The translations under genes and the position numbers were made by a program. Positions 51,101-64,000 of a DNA stretch of 64,000 nucleotides are shown piece after piece. The stretch is from Felis catus (taxonomy: Eukaryota). The stretch lies in NCBI RefSeq assembly GCF_018350175.1, contig NC_058377.1, forward strand, positions 105,214,001 through 105,278,000, written 5' to 3'. The notes under the pieces were generated by a model. The model was given only the letters and a program-made list of their open reading frames with translations. It was not told the origin of the DNA and searched no databases. Position 1 is the stretch's first letter, and each line of letters starts with the position of its first letter.

Positions 51101-54100
51101 GCACGCACACACCTTCATCATCCTCAATCGGAAGTGCCCCGAATGGCCTTTCCCACTACTGCGACCTCGTGTGTTCTTCAAGTTAGATACCGAACCATTC
51201 GAAGAACAGAGATTGAACAGAGATTGAGCTGCCCCCCGCCCATACCTCTTTTTTGTGCTTATCTTTTCAGGTAAACGACTGTCCTCCACCCCGCTGGAAA
51301 TCCTGTTCTTTCTGAACGGGTGGTATTATGCCACCTACTTCCTGCTGGAACTCTTCATATTTCTGTATAAAGGTAAGGCCTGGGGCTTGACTACCATTGG
51401 CCCCAACATCCCTTCCCCACTTCAGCCCAGAGCCAACTCCCATCAAGTGCCTTCTTATTTTTCATTCTTTCCTGTAGCTCCTCTTCGCTGCAAGGTAGAA
51501 GGCTCTTCATCATATGGCTTCTTTGAGAATGATTCAGTAGGAAGCCCCGCAGCAAGAATCTCCTGAGTTTGAGAAATGTGGGCTTCTCCATCCTTACTCT
51601 CCCTCATCGCCTCTTTGCAGAACTGCACGTTAAGCTCATTGGTGACCCTCAGGATCTATTCAGCGGCCAGTGTACCCTTGTAGATCCGATCATTTTGGAG
51701 AATGGGGTCCTCACAGACTTTGGCTTAGTAAAATCTCCTAATGCGCGTGCCTCCAACAGTCGCACTATGAGTTAACATATCCTGCAGCAGGTGAACAGAT
51801 CCTGCCCATACCTCGTGAACTAGTTCATGGAAAGCTGATAAGACTCGTGCCCTCATTATCCCCAGGTGTGTGGGTGTTCTTGTGGGTGCCGGTGTATGTT
51901 GTTTGCAAACTCTGGCGTTTGTGTTGGCAGCTCTCCTCCTACCATACCCAACAGCCAATCTAGTCCTGGATGTGGTGATGCTCCTCCTTTACCTTGGAAT
52001 TGAAGTGATCCGACTGTTTTTTGGTGAGTGTTGGCCGGAGAATCCTTCCATTCCCTCTGAGAAGAACTGCTACCTGTAACTTGATTAACGAGAACAAGTA
52101 CATAACCTAGTCTCACAATAAGAGATTGGATCTAGTGGGATGTCTCATTATGCCCTCTCTGAAGTTTCAAGCGGCTTCCTATTTTGGGTCAGATCTGTGT
52201 GTGTGTTGGTGGGCAGTAGCAGGAGATTTTAGATTATTCCTCCCGAACTGCATAACTGCCAGGAGAGCCTGGTTCCTCTCCCTGGTTTGCTTGGGAGAAT
52301 AGATTCACCTGGAAGGAACTCCATGTTCAAGGCAGTGCATGTCACCCCAGTCAGCACTCAGGTCCCTTCCACTTCTCTGAACAGGGGTTTCTGTAGGACA
52401 AGTTTATCCTCAGGTCTAGAGCAAACCTCCTATTAGTTAGAATAGCTCATCCCATAAAACACAAAGAAGAAACAGTACTTCCAACACATGTAATGAAGGA
52501 TGAAGAAGGTCCACATAAATCAATAAGGAAAAGACAACCTAATTTTAAAAACTGTTAAGGGACACGAATAGGCAGTTCCCATAAGAATAATAAGAGGATC
52601 AATAATCATGATAAAATGCCCAAACTCACTAATAAAAAGCAAATTGAAACAACAAGGTAACAGTTTCATCCAGCAGATTAAAAGGATTTCCAAATACCTA
52701 GCATTAGATTGGGTGTGAGGACCAGGTCTCTATATTCCCACACTCTTTGGGAACGTAAATTACAGCAGCCATTTTGCTAATCGTTTTGCCATGTAAAATT
52801 GTATTCTTGGACCTAACAATTACACTTCTAAAACTGGGTGGAAAAAACAAACACTTCCACAGATATGTAAAGATAATCGATGTGTTTTGTAACCTGAAAA
52901 CATTAGAGGGGTGCCTGGCTGGGTCGCTCATGGAGTGAGCGACTCTTGACTTTGGGCTTGTGAGTTCAAGCCCCAAGTTGGGTGTAGAGATTACTTAAAA
53001 TAATACATTCTTAAGAAAAAAAGAAATTAGAAACAACCTAAACATCTGTCAGTACAGGATTAAATTACGGAATTGCTTCAATGAAATCGTTCATAGCGAT
53101 TAAGAAAAGAATAAGGTAGTTACATGTGGCAAGCTGTCTAACTCCTGTTAAATGGGAAAAAAATGTAAGTTGAAAACAGTATGTAGAGTATGATTCCGAT
53201 TCCATTTTTATAATAATAGTAATATGTAAGTATACACACATAACAAAATCTGAAACAATATACATCGTTCCATAAGAATGGCTATCTCCAGTGAGGAATC
53301 ATGGGGTCTTTTTAGTTTCTAGATTTTCTAAAATTATTTTCTGTATTTGTATTAGTTGGAAAGTTTTCAATGATTATATAATTAAAAAAAATATTTCCCC
53401 CCAAGTAAAGAACCCATTGTCCCGGAGTGGGAGCCAGACCTGAAGCAGGACCTTTGGAGTGAATGACTCCAACCCTAATGGCTCCTCCAAAGCCTCTCAT
53501 TTTGAGCACAGAGGGACCCCACTTATAATCCTGCCCATCTCCATTCAGGACCAGTTTTCTCTGCCTCGCCGGTCCATCCCATCCCATCCCATCCCATTTT
53601 CTCTGAGCCCAGGGAAAGCAGGCCACTGGAGGTGACCCCATGGGCTGTGTCTGACAGGTACCAAGGGAAACCTCTGCCAACGAAAGATGCCACTTGGTAT
53701 TAGTGTGGCCTTGACCTTCCCATCTGCCATGATGGCCTCCTATTACCTGCTGCTACAGACCTACGTGCTCCGCCTGGAAGCCATTATGAACAGCATCTTG
53801 CTTTTCTTCTGTGGTTCCGAGCTGCTGCTTGAGGTGCTCACCCTGACTGCTTTCTCCAGGTACTGCTGCTGAGGGACCATTTCCTGTCACCTGAGGGTTG
53901 GGTTCCCATCCCATCCTAGGGAGGGATTCATTGTTCTTCTGAAGCCTGACGCGTCTCTAAAGGATTGCTAAGGGGAAAGAGGTGTCTGTGAGATTGCTTT
54001 TCCTATTTAGGGTAGACCGTTACCCAGGGAAGACATTCTCCTTGTTCTTTGGGGCCAAGAGCCTTGGAGTATAGAACAGTTCAGGCCAGTCGCTTTTGTT

Positions 54101-54166
54101 CACTGGTCTTTTAACATTTTCTTTCTTTCTTTCTTTCTTTCTGCCATCAGTATGGACAGGATTTGA
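50670..54166 (+). CDS. TMEM216: Transmembrane protein 216 (transition zone, Joubert/Meckel gene), 141 aa. Coding exons: 50670-50682, 51271-51372, 51931-52023, 53658-53859, 54151-54166
   Basis: 426 nt in frame; MAPRGKRLSSTPLEILFFLNGWYYATYFLLELFIFLYKALLLPYPTANLVLDVVMLLLYLGIEVIRLFFGTKGNLCQRKMPL...LLLQTYVLRLEAIMN...AFSSMDRI*. Confidence 0.97.
52440..53390 (+). mobile_element. Old L1 3' fragment with a short SINE (52907-53025) in a TMEM216 intron
   Basis: A-rich decayed L1 3' motifs (aaatgcccaaactcactaataaaa; aaacaacctaaacatctgtcagta). Confidence 0.65.
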
Positions 54167-54702
54167 AGTGCAAAAATTTCAGCCAGCAGTCCTCAGGGGC
54201 TGAGACCACAGATACTTCTGGTCTTTAGGCACGCCAGTGAGAAGTGGTGGGTCACGTTGTCCCGGGAAAGTTGCAGCTTTTCCTCAACACAGATATTTGG
54301 GCAACAAACTGAGCATCAGGCCACTGGGCATCATCTTCTAAACCAGGACCATCAGCCTGAGAGACTGTTCTACACACCAGTGTAGGGAGGGGCAAGGCTG
54401 TCCCAAGCTGGCCCTTCTCAGAACCAGTTCCCTGCTGCCCTCAAGTCCTCTGTGATCCTTGTGGCCAGAGCCTCTTGTGTGGACCACGGAGGCTCGTTGG
54501 GCTTCCAGCAGGACTGGAGCCCCACGCTCCCCGTACGTGCCGTGCCACCCCTGTCACCCGAGCACAGAGAGCCTCAGGATGTCTGCCCCTAGAGTGACGC
54601 AAAAGCCTCTCACCTCATTCCTCAGAGACTGAGCTCCGGAACTTTTTTAGTAGCTCATAGTGTTATTTTTCTACTCTCATCATGAAACAAACATTATTTT
54701 AT

Positions 54703-54708
54703 AATAAA
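54703..54708 (+). terminator. TMEM216: TMEM216 polyadenylation signal
   Basis: AATAAA followed by GU/U-rich cgtgtattttctgtc. Confidence 0.7.
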
Positions 54709-55154
54709 CGTGTATTTTCTGTCATGGGGGTTGCAGCCTTTTTCTTATGGCACCTGTCCCTAGAATTTCATCCACGACAAGGGGAGGGAGCGACTGTCCC
54801 GGCAGGTTTTTCTCAGGCTGTGCTCGGCAACCCAGTGTGAACGCAAAGGCAGCGATGACTTTCTTCCCCCAGCGGTAGCCTAGATTAATCCCTAAAGGCA
54901 GCAGTTTCCGTATCTTCTTCAGGCCTGTCATCCTGTAAAAGACTCTGCTTTATATTCTTCGCCTCTGCCCCCAATCCCGCATCCCCGCATCTTTTCCCTC
55001 CTTCCTCTTACAGACAGCTGTCAGCTGCTTTCCAGAGTGAGGCATAAATAATTGGAAGAGGTATAGTCAAAACTTGGCAGCATTTTGTCATCTAGTTTAA
55101 AATTTCAATTTAATGTAAAAGGAACCCCCCCCCCTTTTTTTTAATAAGCTGGGG

Positions 55155-55238
55155 AAATATTGTCCTATCTTAGTACATCATTCCCTTCTCCAAGCAAGAG
55201 AAATACTGTCCTGAGTACATCATTCCCTTCTCCAAGCG
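55155..55238. repeat. Local tandem duplication (~46/42 bp unit)
   Basis: aaata(t/c)tgtcct...agtacatcattcccttctccaagc occurs twice in a row. Confidence 0.9.
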
Positions 55239-57891
55239 ACCAGCTTTAAACCTGTTTCTCATCTTACTTGGTAGTGGCTTTTTTTTGTTTGTTTTTCTAA
55301 GTCCCAGGACACATGACAGAATTCACTTTAGAAACCCTTGAGCCATATGGCTCTTTGCTATCAGATGAATCCTCTGATATCTACTCTTGCTCCCAGTAGA
55401 AAGTGAATTGGTCTTTAAGTGTTTTCATGCTGGTTTTTAATTCTGCTTATTTCCTGGGATTGAGCTCATTTTCATCCTGTGAAGGTCACCGCTGTCCAAA
55501 GCACTGAGACTTTTCTCGTTTCCTACCTCTTCTGTGTCCTTGCCTCCTAGCTGCCTTTGGGGTCTATCCAAAAGCTATAGTAGACAGGTGTAATCAACCA
55601 CGAGAAACGGTCACAAAAAATCCAGTGGGAACCTCCCTGATATTTGTCACAAACCCCGCTAATCCCCTGACTTTTCTGCTGCTCACACTGCTTTCTCTAT
55701 CTGTGCTTTGAAGAAGTTGCTGGCATCAAACTGGACAGGAACTTTTTCCACGGCCTCCCCGTTTCTTCGAGAGGTTCAGTGGTTAAGGTCACTCTCCTGG
55801 CAACACAGATAAAGGAATGAAAGACTCTGCTGAAGTTTAGAGTTGGCTTATAATTTAAAACGGACCTTAGAAATGAATCTAATCCCCCACCTTGCAGGCT
55901 TAGCGACGAGCAACAGCCAAGCCTCACACACCTGGTTAAACAGCTGGAAATAGAAACCTTGTCTGAGGAGTCTCCGTTTAGATCAAGCAAACTATTTCAA
56001 CAGGTACCGCTGGAGGATGAGAAGGAGTGGTTGAAAATGGGGACAGGCTACAACAGGAAGTCCCCTCATTTTTTCATGCTTATCTGGGAGCCTCGTGCCT
56101 CTCGCTTCCTGTGTATGGCTCCACCCATGTTCAAGCCTCTGGTGCTTGTTGGAGCCACCTGTGCGGGTAGTCACACCAGAGTAGAAAGAACATCATTCAA
56201 CAGACACCGAGGCAGCAGAGGACAGGAATGAGGACAGCTAGCCTTTCGGGGTCAGTGTGGTACAGTGGAGAGGACCTGAGTGAAGGAGCAGGCCGTGGTC
56301 ACAGGTGCTGGTAGAGACCTGCTCAGATATTCACACTCATGGCTAGAACTTGTCAAGTGACTGCAGTGGCCATCTCTAGAGGCTGAGTTGTGGCCCAGTT
56401 CAGGAAGCACTTTGGACCCACAGATTCAGGTTTCTGGCTCTAGACCCTGACAGCAACGTGTAGGAGACTACTGTCCCCGTCCAGGGCCTGGCAGAGTATA
56501 TTTTAATCCATGCTGCGATCCTATGAGGCAGAAAATCAACTTGAATGTGAAGTCAGCTTGTGTCTGAGCGCATTTAGCTTAAAAAGCAAGAGCTGGGATT
56601 TGAACCTAGAGTAACCCAAAGGTCATCCCTTTCTGTACCACCATGGTAGCTCTTCGATGAAGGATGTGTTTCCTTCTCTAAGCCACCAGTCCTCACGCTT
56701 TACTTTACATAAAAGTCATCTGGGGCATAAAAAGTAGGCTTCTAGATTTCACGTAGAAGTGGATGCAGGCAGAGAAGAGGCGCTTTTAGCAAGCACAGCA
56801 CGTACCTGAGACGCAGGGGACCACGTTACCGGCCTGGACTAAGCACACTTACTTCCCTCACGCTGCTTCTGGTCATAGAGCCTCTGGGGCTCTCCCTCCC
56901 CCTGGAAGTGTTTTTTTTTTTTTATGCCAGTCTTGCCTGTGCTCGTCCCAATACTCATTCACTATCACCTGATCTCTGGTTCATCTTTTTATACATGTGA
57001 CTCTCCTCTTGCTCACCTGGCTTTCTGGAATTCCAAGGAACTGACTCACAACACTTGGCTGAACTTTCCAAATGTGTACTTCCCGACGTTTAGACAGCAA
57101 TCCAGTTTCCAAAACACGTTCACGTTATCTCTGATTCTTAAGACACCCCTGTGTGGAAGGCAGAATAGCTGTTCTCAGCTCAGAGGAGACAGGCTATGCT
57201 GCTGTCAACAGCCAGGTAAACAGACGGTGGAAGCAGGCACTGCGAGCACACTTCCTAAGTCCGGGCAGAGGAATCTTCCCTTCCTGAGCGAGAGAACATC
57301 AGAACATTCTCCTTACTCTGAGCATGAATCTTAGGGATCTTAAAGGATAAAGGACTTGGAATGTTTCTTTCCCTAGGTTAGATGGCTAAGGAAGAAGGCT
57401 AAGCCTCAAGGGGGGCACTTCCAAAGGTTTGCACTAGAGGCCTCCTCGGTGCACCACAGGCGCCCGGGTGCCCGCCAGGCGATTCCAGCCGAGGGCTCAG
57501 GGTTCCGCTACCATCCCACAGACTCTCCATCAGCCCNNNNNNNNNNNNNNNNNNNNNNNNNNNNNNNNNNNNNNNNNNNNNNNNNNNNNNNNNNNNNNNN
57601 NNNNNNNNNNNNNNNNNNNNNNNNNNNNNNNNNNNNNNNNNNNNNNNNNNNNNNNNNNNNNNNNNNNNNNNNNNNNNNNNNNNNNNNNNNNNNNNNNNNN
57701 NNNNNNNNNNNNNNNNNNNNNNNNNNNNNNNNNNNNNNNNNNNNNNNNNNNNNNNNNNNNNNNNNNNNNNNNNNNNNNNNNNNNNNNNNNNNNNNNNNNN
57801 NNNNNNNNNNNNNNNNNNNNNNNNNNNNNNNNNNNNNNNNNNNNNNNNNNNNNNNNNNNNNNNNNNNNNNNNNNNNNNNNNNNNNNNNNNN

Positions 57892-59588
57892 TATATATTT
57901 TCTTCCTTAAACTGTCACCTTACTTGGTTTTCTCTACATTTTAAAAAGACACCCGGAGCTGCTCTTGAGGATAAGCACATCACTTAACACTTGGCCAGTT
58001 GGGCGGGGGGCCGTGTTCTGAAGTGGAGGTGGGGATGGGGTTGGGGGACAGGGGGAAAAAAGCTACAAACCTGTAGCCTCTGTCCCAAGGGAATGTGCCT
58101 CTCCAACCCTGGGGGGACCCCTCACTGACTGATTGAGGGCTATGTCAGAAACGTGCAGGGAACAGAGGAAGGGTTCAGTCCCACTCAGTCTCTCCCCTCT
58201 GAGCCAGAAGGGTCTCCAGTGACCCTACGTCTCACATGCCAAGTCTCATCTCACACGCCACGTCTCTTCTCGTGTCGGATGTCACATGCCCTGTAAATGC
58301 AGGCAGAAACAGCACCCATCGCCCCATGGGTACCGCAGGACCCCGTTGCCGCTTCTTCCTTCAGCAGCAACCACATCACAACTTAGATGTTATGGGAAAA
58401 GCAATTCCATTTGCCTGTGTAGAAAACGGCCCCCAGAGTGGTGGTCCTTAGAACTCTGAGCTGAACTCATTCAAGTCAGGCTCCACTTCTTCCTTGCTCC
58501 CCATTAGAGGCAGGAAGTGCCTCCACGTAGAGCGAGGGGAGCTATTAAGTCAACAGTCAAAAGGTGGAAAGACACCACATTTGTGACTTTACCTGCCTAC
58601 TAGTGCCAGGTTATCCCACGATAAGTAAAGGTATGTACCTGGAGGATGTAAGCCCCTGCTCACATCGAACCTGAAAACAGAAAAGCCTATGGAAGTAGGC
58701 TCTCTCTTGCCCAGCTTGCCTCCTCTCCCACTCCTCCTGGTACTTCACAAGGGTTCTTCGTTGCTGAGGTCCGATGTCCCCAACTCCCAGTGGCAGTATC
58801 TTCCTCTAAAACAAGGAAGCAGCCTTCTCGGGGGAGGGGCTCCACGTGTGAAATGGAAAAGCCCCAGGAAAGGGAACACCTAGTACAGCCGGTTATTGCA
58901 AGAGGCGACCAAGCACGAAGCAGCAGAGGGCGGTAAGTGGCGCTGCCGGCTTCCCGGCAGAAAGCGACCTCAGGGGCCTTCTCTGCTCAGGAAGGGCAGG
59001 TCCACTGAGGCGGCTGGGCGGCAGGGGGCCGGGAAGGTTCGGCCCTCTGGGAGGTCAGGGAAACCAACCGTCAATATGTAAGAGGGAAACGCAAGGACAG
59101 GAGAGGCTTCTCATGAGGGAATTTCTGTTCTCAGGGTCCCTCTCCAAGGGCTGGGAGGGTAAAGGAGTTAAACAAAGAAGTGGTATGTTAGCAAGGGGTT
59201 GACCCTCTTGGCCCCATCAAACCTAGTGCTGAGGGCAGGACCCCGGGCGGATTTTGGCGCACCCAGTCCCTCTCCCAGATCCTGCAGGGAGGATCCATCT
59301 TCTTTGGGAAGAGAGCCTTCCCGCCAACCTCACCACTGAACCACTCCTGGAGACTCAGAAACTCCTACGTTTCCTCGGACAGAGCACCATTCTCTATGGA
59401 GACCAGGGGCCTGGACATGTTTTCTTCCTGTCTGCCACCCCTCCCAACCACACGAAGTCTTTAGGTTCGTTCCCCTGACAAACAGGAGGTGTGGGATTGG
59501 GAGGGCCGCCAGGCAACCTTCAATCCTGTAGGGCAGAGGGTATTCCCTGGGTGTCTGAAGGGGGTTAGGGGCTTGGAGGAAGGGGGAG
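57892..59588 (-). other. CPSF7: Probable CPSF7 terminal 3'UTR exon (both ends in N gaps); ~59737-64000 is then the CPSF7 last intron
   Basis: Synteny (CPSF7 lies tail-to-tail with TMEM216 in mammals) and ~2 kb of repeat-free UTR-like sequence; no coding exon in the window. Confidence 0.6.
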
Positions 59589-60102
59589 NNNNNNNNNNNN
59601 NNNNNNNNNNNNNNNNNNNNNNNNNNNNNNNNNNNNNNNNNNNNNNNNNNNNNNNNNNNNNNNNNNNNNNNNNNNNNNNNNNNNNNNNNNNNNNNNNNNN
59701 NNNNNNNNNNNNNNNNNNNNNNNNNNNNNNNNNNNNGGGCTTCTATGAATGACACTGGCATTTTTCTCAAGTTACCACATACAAAGTAGCGCATATACAT
59801 GGACCGCAAGCCTGGGAGGGTGAAAGCAAGCAGGCAAGACTGTCCGGGGGCGTCCGGCACTGTGAGCAGCGAGGGAGAGGCTGCAGGAGCTACGGTGAGC
59901 AGAAAGAGAAAGCAGGGGCATCTCACTTTGAGGTTAGGGGGAAACAGACAATGAAAAGAGCTCTCAAAGCAGTTTGATTGGAAAGTAGGCTTTGGCTGGA
60001 AAAGTACGGAAACTCCAACATTTCAAGAAAAGCTGCTCTAAGGGAATATGGGGAGTTTAAAGCCTGTTTCAGAAAATCTATTTTGAGCAAGTCCTAACTT
60101 AC

Positions 60103-60123
60103 CTTAAGGGGAGGGGTAAACAT
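60103..60123 (-). other. CPSF7: Candidate 21-nt microexon in the CPSF7 last intron
   Basis: Minus strand: ttcttaac-ccttgtgcctcccgtttccag|ATGTTTACCCCTCCCCTTAAG|gtaagt. Confidence 0.6.
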
Positions 60124-62522
60124 CTGGAAACGGGAGGCACAAGGGTTAAGAAAACAAGCAGGTACACGACCAAATCTACTGACTCCAAACACCCAGGAGG
60201 CCCTGTCAGGGAGCTTGTACTTACACAGGAGACTCCTATACTTTTCTTTTAAAGAAGCCCCGTTTAAAACAGACTCCAGTGTCTACGCGAACACTTGTGG
60301 AGGCACACGTGCAAAGAGCCAGGGATGTTCTAAGCTGTACTAAAGGGATTTTAAGTCTTTACCCAGATGACAGCTCTGAGTGAGAGACCAAGAAGCATCC
60401 TAATACCAAGCAAGAGTGATCTGGCCAGGCCCCAACAGAAAGCAAGGAATGGAAGTAAAAGAATCGGCAGTTACCATCCAAGAAACCCAAAAGCACAAGT
60501 AAGAACTTCTGCCCAACAGTAAGGTACTGCTAAGCTACTTGCCACATCGCTACCAAACTTATAAGGACCCTAGTATGTTCAACTCTGTTCCAGTGCTGCA
60601 GTACCAGTAAGCTGGGGGGTGGGGGGTGGGGGGGGTGAGAGGTAGCTGGATCAATCTGACCATATAAGACAAAATTAATCACTAACAGGAAAAAGGGAGA
60701 TTAAATTTGGGCTTAGGATGTCTACTAATGGCCAAACCGGCAACACAGCCTCCACACAAATGCTCACTCTTGATGTATGCACTTCTGTGACCTAGAGGGG
60801 CTATCCGAGAAAAACACATCCACAAGCTACCTGATCCTTCTGCGTTCTGAAATGGCACTATTTCGGCTTGGGATCTTCAGAATCTGTTACAGAAGCCTGT
60901 TTTCCGGTTTCTCTAAATACCTGTGCTGGCAGATGTCTGTCTCATTTTCTATATGGGAAAACTGAAGCCCTCAGTGCCTTCTCCATTTCTCACCATTGGG
61001 GTTTCTGAATCTCTGCATCGGATCAAAACTGAACACAATGTTTAGTTTTCACTGGACCAGGAGGATGGGAACGAGGTGAGAATGACCATCTTAAATAGGA
61101 CAATATCCCCAAATAATGAGCCAATAGCCAAGAACTACAGGAAGTTGAAGCCAAAGCCACAGATTACCTAAGAATATCCTCAAATTCCAAAGCATACACC
61201 TGTATACCCCAAAAGAGATGTAATTTGGAAACTGTCCCTACAAAGCAAAACATGAAGGATAACTAGTACATCAGGAGACGTAAACCGTAGCACCCAATTC
61301 TTAGAGGTTACGGTTACATCTGCTGGTAATGTTTGGATGCGGGCAGAAGCCAAAGTGGGCCAATCAGACTTCGTGCCCCAGTGCTGGTGTCCATCCTGAG
61401 GAAGGATGGAGAAAAAAGGTTGCTGTTCAATTGCTGCCTCTAGACAGAAGACACCTTTTGCTCTCAGGAAACACCTGTCTATACGATATAAACACTATTC
61501 TTTTCTAACTAAAAGGTGTTGTACATAGAACCTCCGAGGTTCTCCAGATATATGGGCCCATGTACATCTCCCCAACATGAGATCTCCTACGTCACAACTT
61601 GGCGACTGCAGATAGAACGAAGAGTCCTTAGGATGAGGATGTGAGAAACTGACATTTTTGGGGTGTCTCAATCAGTTCTTTGGACTAGTTATTCGGAGGG
61701 AATAACCAACGTATCTAAGGGGTAAAAAATGGGGAACTGGAAAACCCATCGCAGAGTTCCTTTTCCTTGTCCTGTCATAGGCCTGCACAGGCCAAATGAC
61801 TTTTCTGGGCACTGGGTTAAGGGATTCTTCAGTTATCCAAATGGAATCACCCTCCTAATGGAAGAAACAGTCCCATTTTACAGGTGGGAGAAATGAAGCA
61901 AAAGGACAGCTAAAGTCTCAGGTTCAGATGTTCAGTCCCCAAAGTACTAATTATCAGTGGATCTCACAAGTTCTCTGTCAAAAGGCTGTGAAAAGCAAAG
62001 CCACCAGGAATGGTGACATGCAGGGACATGTTCTAACTGCTGAACTGAATGTAGCCCCAGAGACTACAATCCGTGCTCTGCACTGACAAGTGCCTCCCTT
62101 GTCACTGTTCTCCTAGTCTCCACTCTGAAGGACCTACACTGTGAGCAGCAGGATTGGGGAAGGGGGGACACTGGGCCCACAGCAACACTAGCAACTGTGC
62201 TAGCTCAAACAAGAGAAGGGAAATGCTGCCGCTGCCACCGAAGGGTGAGACAGGGACAGAGGTCTACCCCAATGCCTAGCTCTCCTGCCCACTCTGAGGC
62301 CAAATTAGCCAAGGGCTATTAGCAGCTCCACCTCCCCTCAAGTCTGTTTTTCTGGAAGATATATGGGCACCTTCTCAAACTCAACCTGTTGCAAAATCTA
62401 GAAAGAAGTATCTGGAACCCACAGCCTAACTGTTGATTTTATGTGGACTACCTTAGATTTCAGTGATCTCAAGCACTCTAAAATTTTGTGGAATAAATAA
62501 GTGGTTTAAGAACAGAGAAGGA

Positions 62523-62690
62523 GGGGCGCTTGGGTGGCTCAGTAGGTTAACTGCCTGACTTTGGCTCAGGTCCTGATCTCATCGTTCATGAGTTCAAGCC
62601 CCACATCGGGCTCTCTGCTGTCAGTGCAGAGCCTGCTTCAGATCCTCTCTGCCCCTCTCCCACCTCTCAAAAATAAAACTAAAAAAGAAG
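62523..62690 (+). mobile_element. Can-SINE (another starts at ~63950)
   Basis: Head, body and A-tail. Confidence 0.9.
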
Positions 62691-64000
62691 GGAAGCAGTT
62701 AAAAAGTTTCACTTTTCATTTTCCCACTTATTCGCCTCCTACAAAAGACGACAGAAAAGAATTTCCAGCTCTAACTGCTTAAATTAATGGCAGATAATGC
62801 CAAACAACAAAGTAGAAGGCGGCACCACATAACAGAACTTTCTTGTTAGCAGGTTGTCAGCAGGCCTAACACCACAGTTTCTGTCTACAGTCCCACCATT
62901 GTGTGTGAAGCACAGGCACTCTCAGGTAGCGGGAGGCTTTCTTTCCCCTTCTTCATCCAGTCATCCATCCAGCCACCCCTCAGACACGACAGAACCATTC
63001 CTAAGCCTCACCCCGTTACTTCAGACCAACCAAACTGGCAAAAAAAAAAACCGGGACACCTTCGTAACACACTTGACGTGAAACCACAATGTTGAAAAGA
63101 GCCCCCCCCGCCCGGTCACCTGGGTCACTCAGTAGCCTCCGGGAACCATGAACAGACCACCATCCCAGCCAGAGTCTAGACTACCGCTAAAGGTCTCCAC
63201 GGAAACAGAATCAACAATCACTCCTGCTTGCTTATAGACTAGAAACAATCTTCATTGGAAGTATTCTTTCAGTTGGGATTACTAAGCTGGTAGGACATAA
63301 CTGGGAACTATGGGGCCCCTGCCCCCATCCCCCAAGGTCTGTCTGAGAATGAAGACCGAGAAAAAGCATGCGGAGGGATTAAGTCCTGAGGGCACAGCTG
63401 GAGCCCCTGGATCCAGCCTACCCTTACTCAACTTCTCCATTACCTGAGTTAAAAAGTTCCCCCCCACAACTCTTCTGCTCTTGCTTTGGAAAAACAAAAA
63501 AAACAAAAAAAAAAAAACCATAGGACTTTCAATGAGATTTTCCCCCCCAAATGTATCCTTCCATTGAAGTATCCTCCACACTATTACATTAAATATGATT
63601 TTTTTTTAGATCAGCCTTCTCCTCTGACTAAAGTATCCTGAGTTTCAAAATCTTTTTAATAGATATTAATTCTTAAAATCATTAATGCTGTGCCTTTTGA
63701 AAACTAACAAGAAGGCAATGGTCTTACTTTTTGTCTTGGTCAGTTCTCCTGATTTCTTACTTGCAAGTTTGGTGGGGTGAAAACAGAAGTGGCTATCGTC
63801 TATTGAGAACTTGGAACGTGACAAGTCCTATGAGCGCTAAAGGCTCTACATGGACTGTCTCACTGAATTCAACAATTCGGGGAGACAGCTGTTTTTATTA
63901 TCTTCATTCCCAAATGAGGAAACTGAAGAACAAAGTAATAAGGCCCACAGGGGTGCCTAGGTGGCTCAACTGGTTAAGCGTCCTGTAAAACGTCCGACTC

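Noticed and set aside
57449-59926. ORFs containing X runs
   Set aside because: Artefacts of translating N gaps

Overview
Mammalian genomic DNA, almost certainly a felid/feliform carnivore (dense tRNA-derived Can-SINEs, including the SINEC_Fc type), from a draft assembly with five N gaps. The window holds the conserved block DDB1(-) / TKFC(+) / CYB561A3(-) / TMEM138(+) / TMEM216(+) / CPSF7 3' end(-). I hand-spliced complete CDSs for TKFC (578 aa), CYB561A3 (243 aa), TMEM138 (162 aa) and TMEM216 (141 aa), plus the first four coding exons of DDB1. There are two head-to-head CpG-island promoters, and the TMEM138-TMEM216 interval is mostly nested transposons (MER58>Tigger1>SINE, L1>ERVL provirus with a dUTPase fossil). 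Most ORF-track entries are spurious. I see no new protein-coding system. The most striking unexplained pattern is that the unrelated ciliopathy genes TMEM138 and TMEM216 share a first-exon layout: near-identical RFX X-boxes (opposite orientation) ending exactly 18 nt before a CGAG|GTGAG donor, each with a central ATG opening an intron-spanning uORF. Other candidates are a 111-aa alternative-frame ORF in TMEM138 and a 21-nt microexon in the CPSF7 last intron. Gene names, repeat family names and human comparisons come from recall, not database searches.
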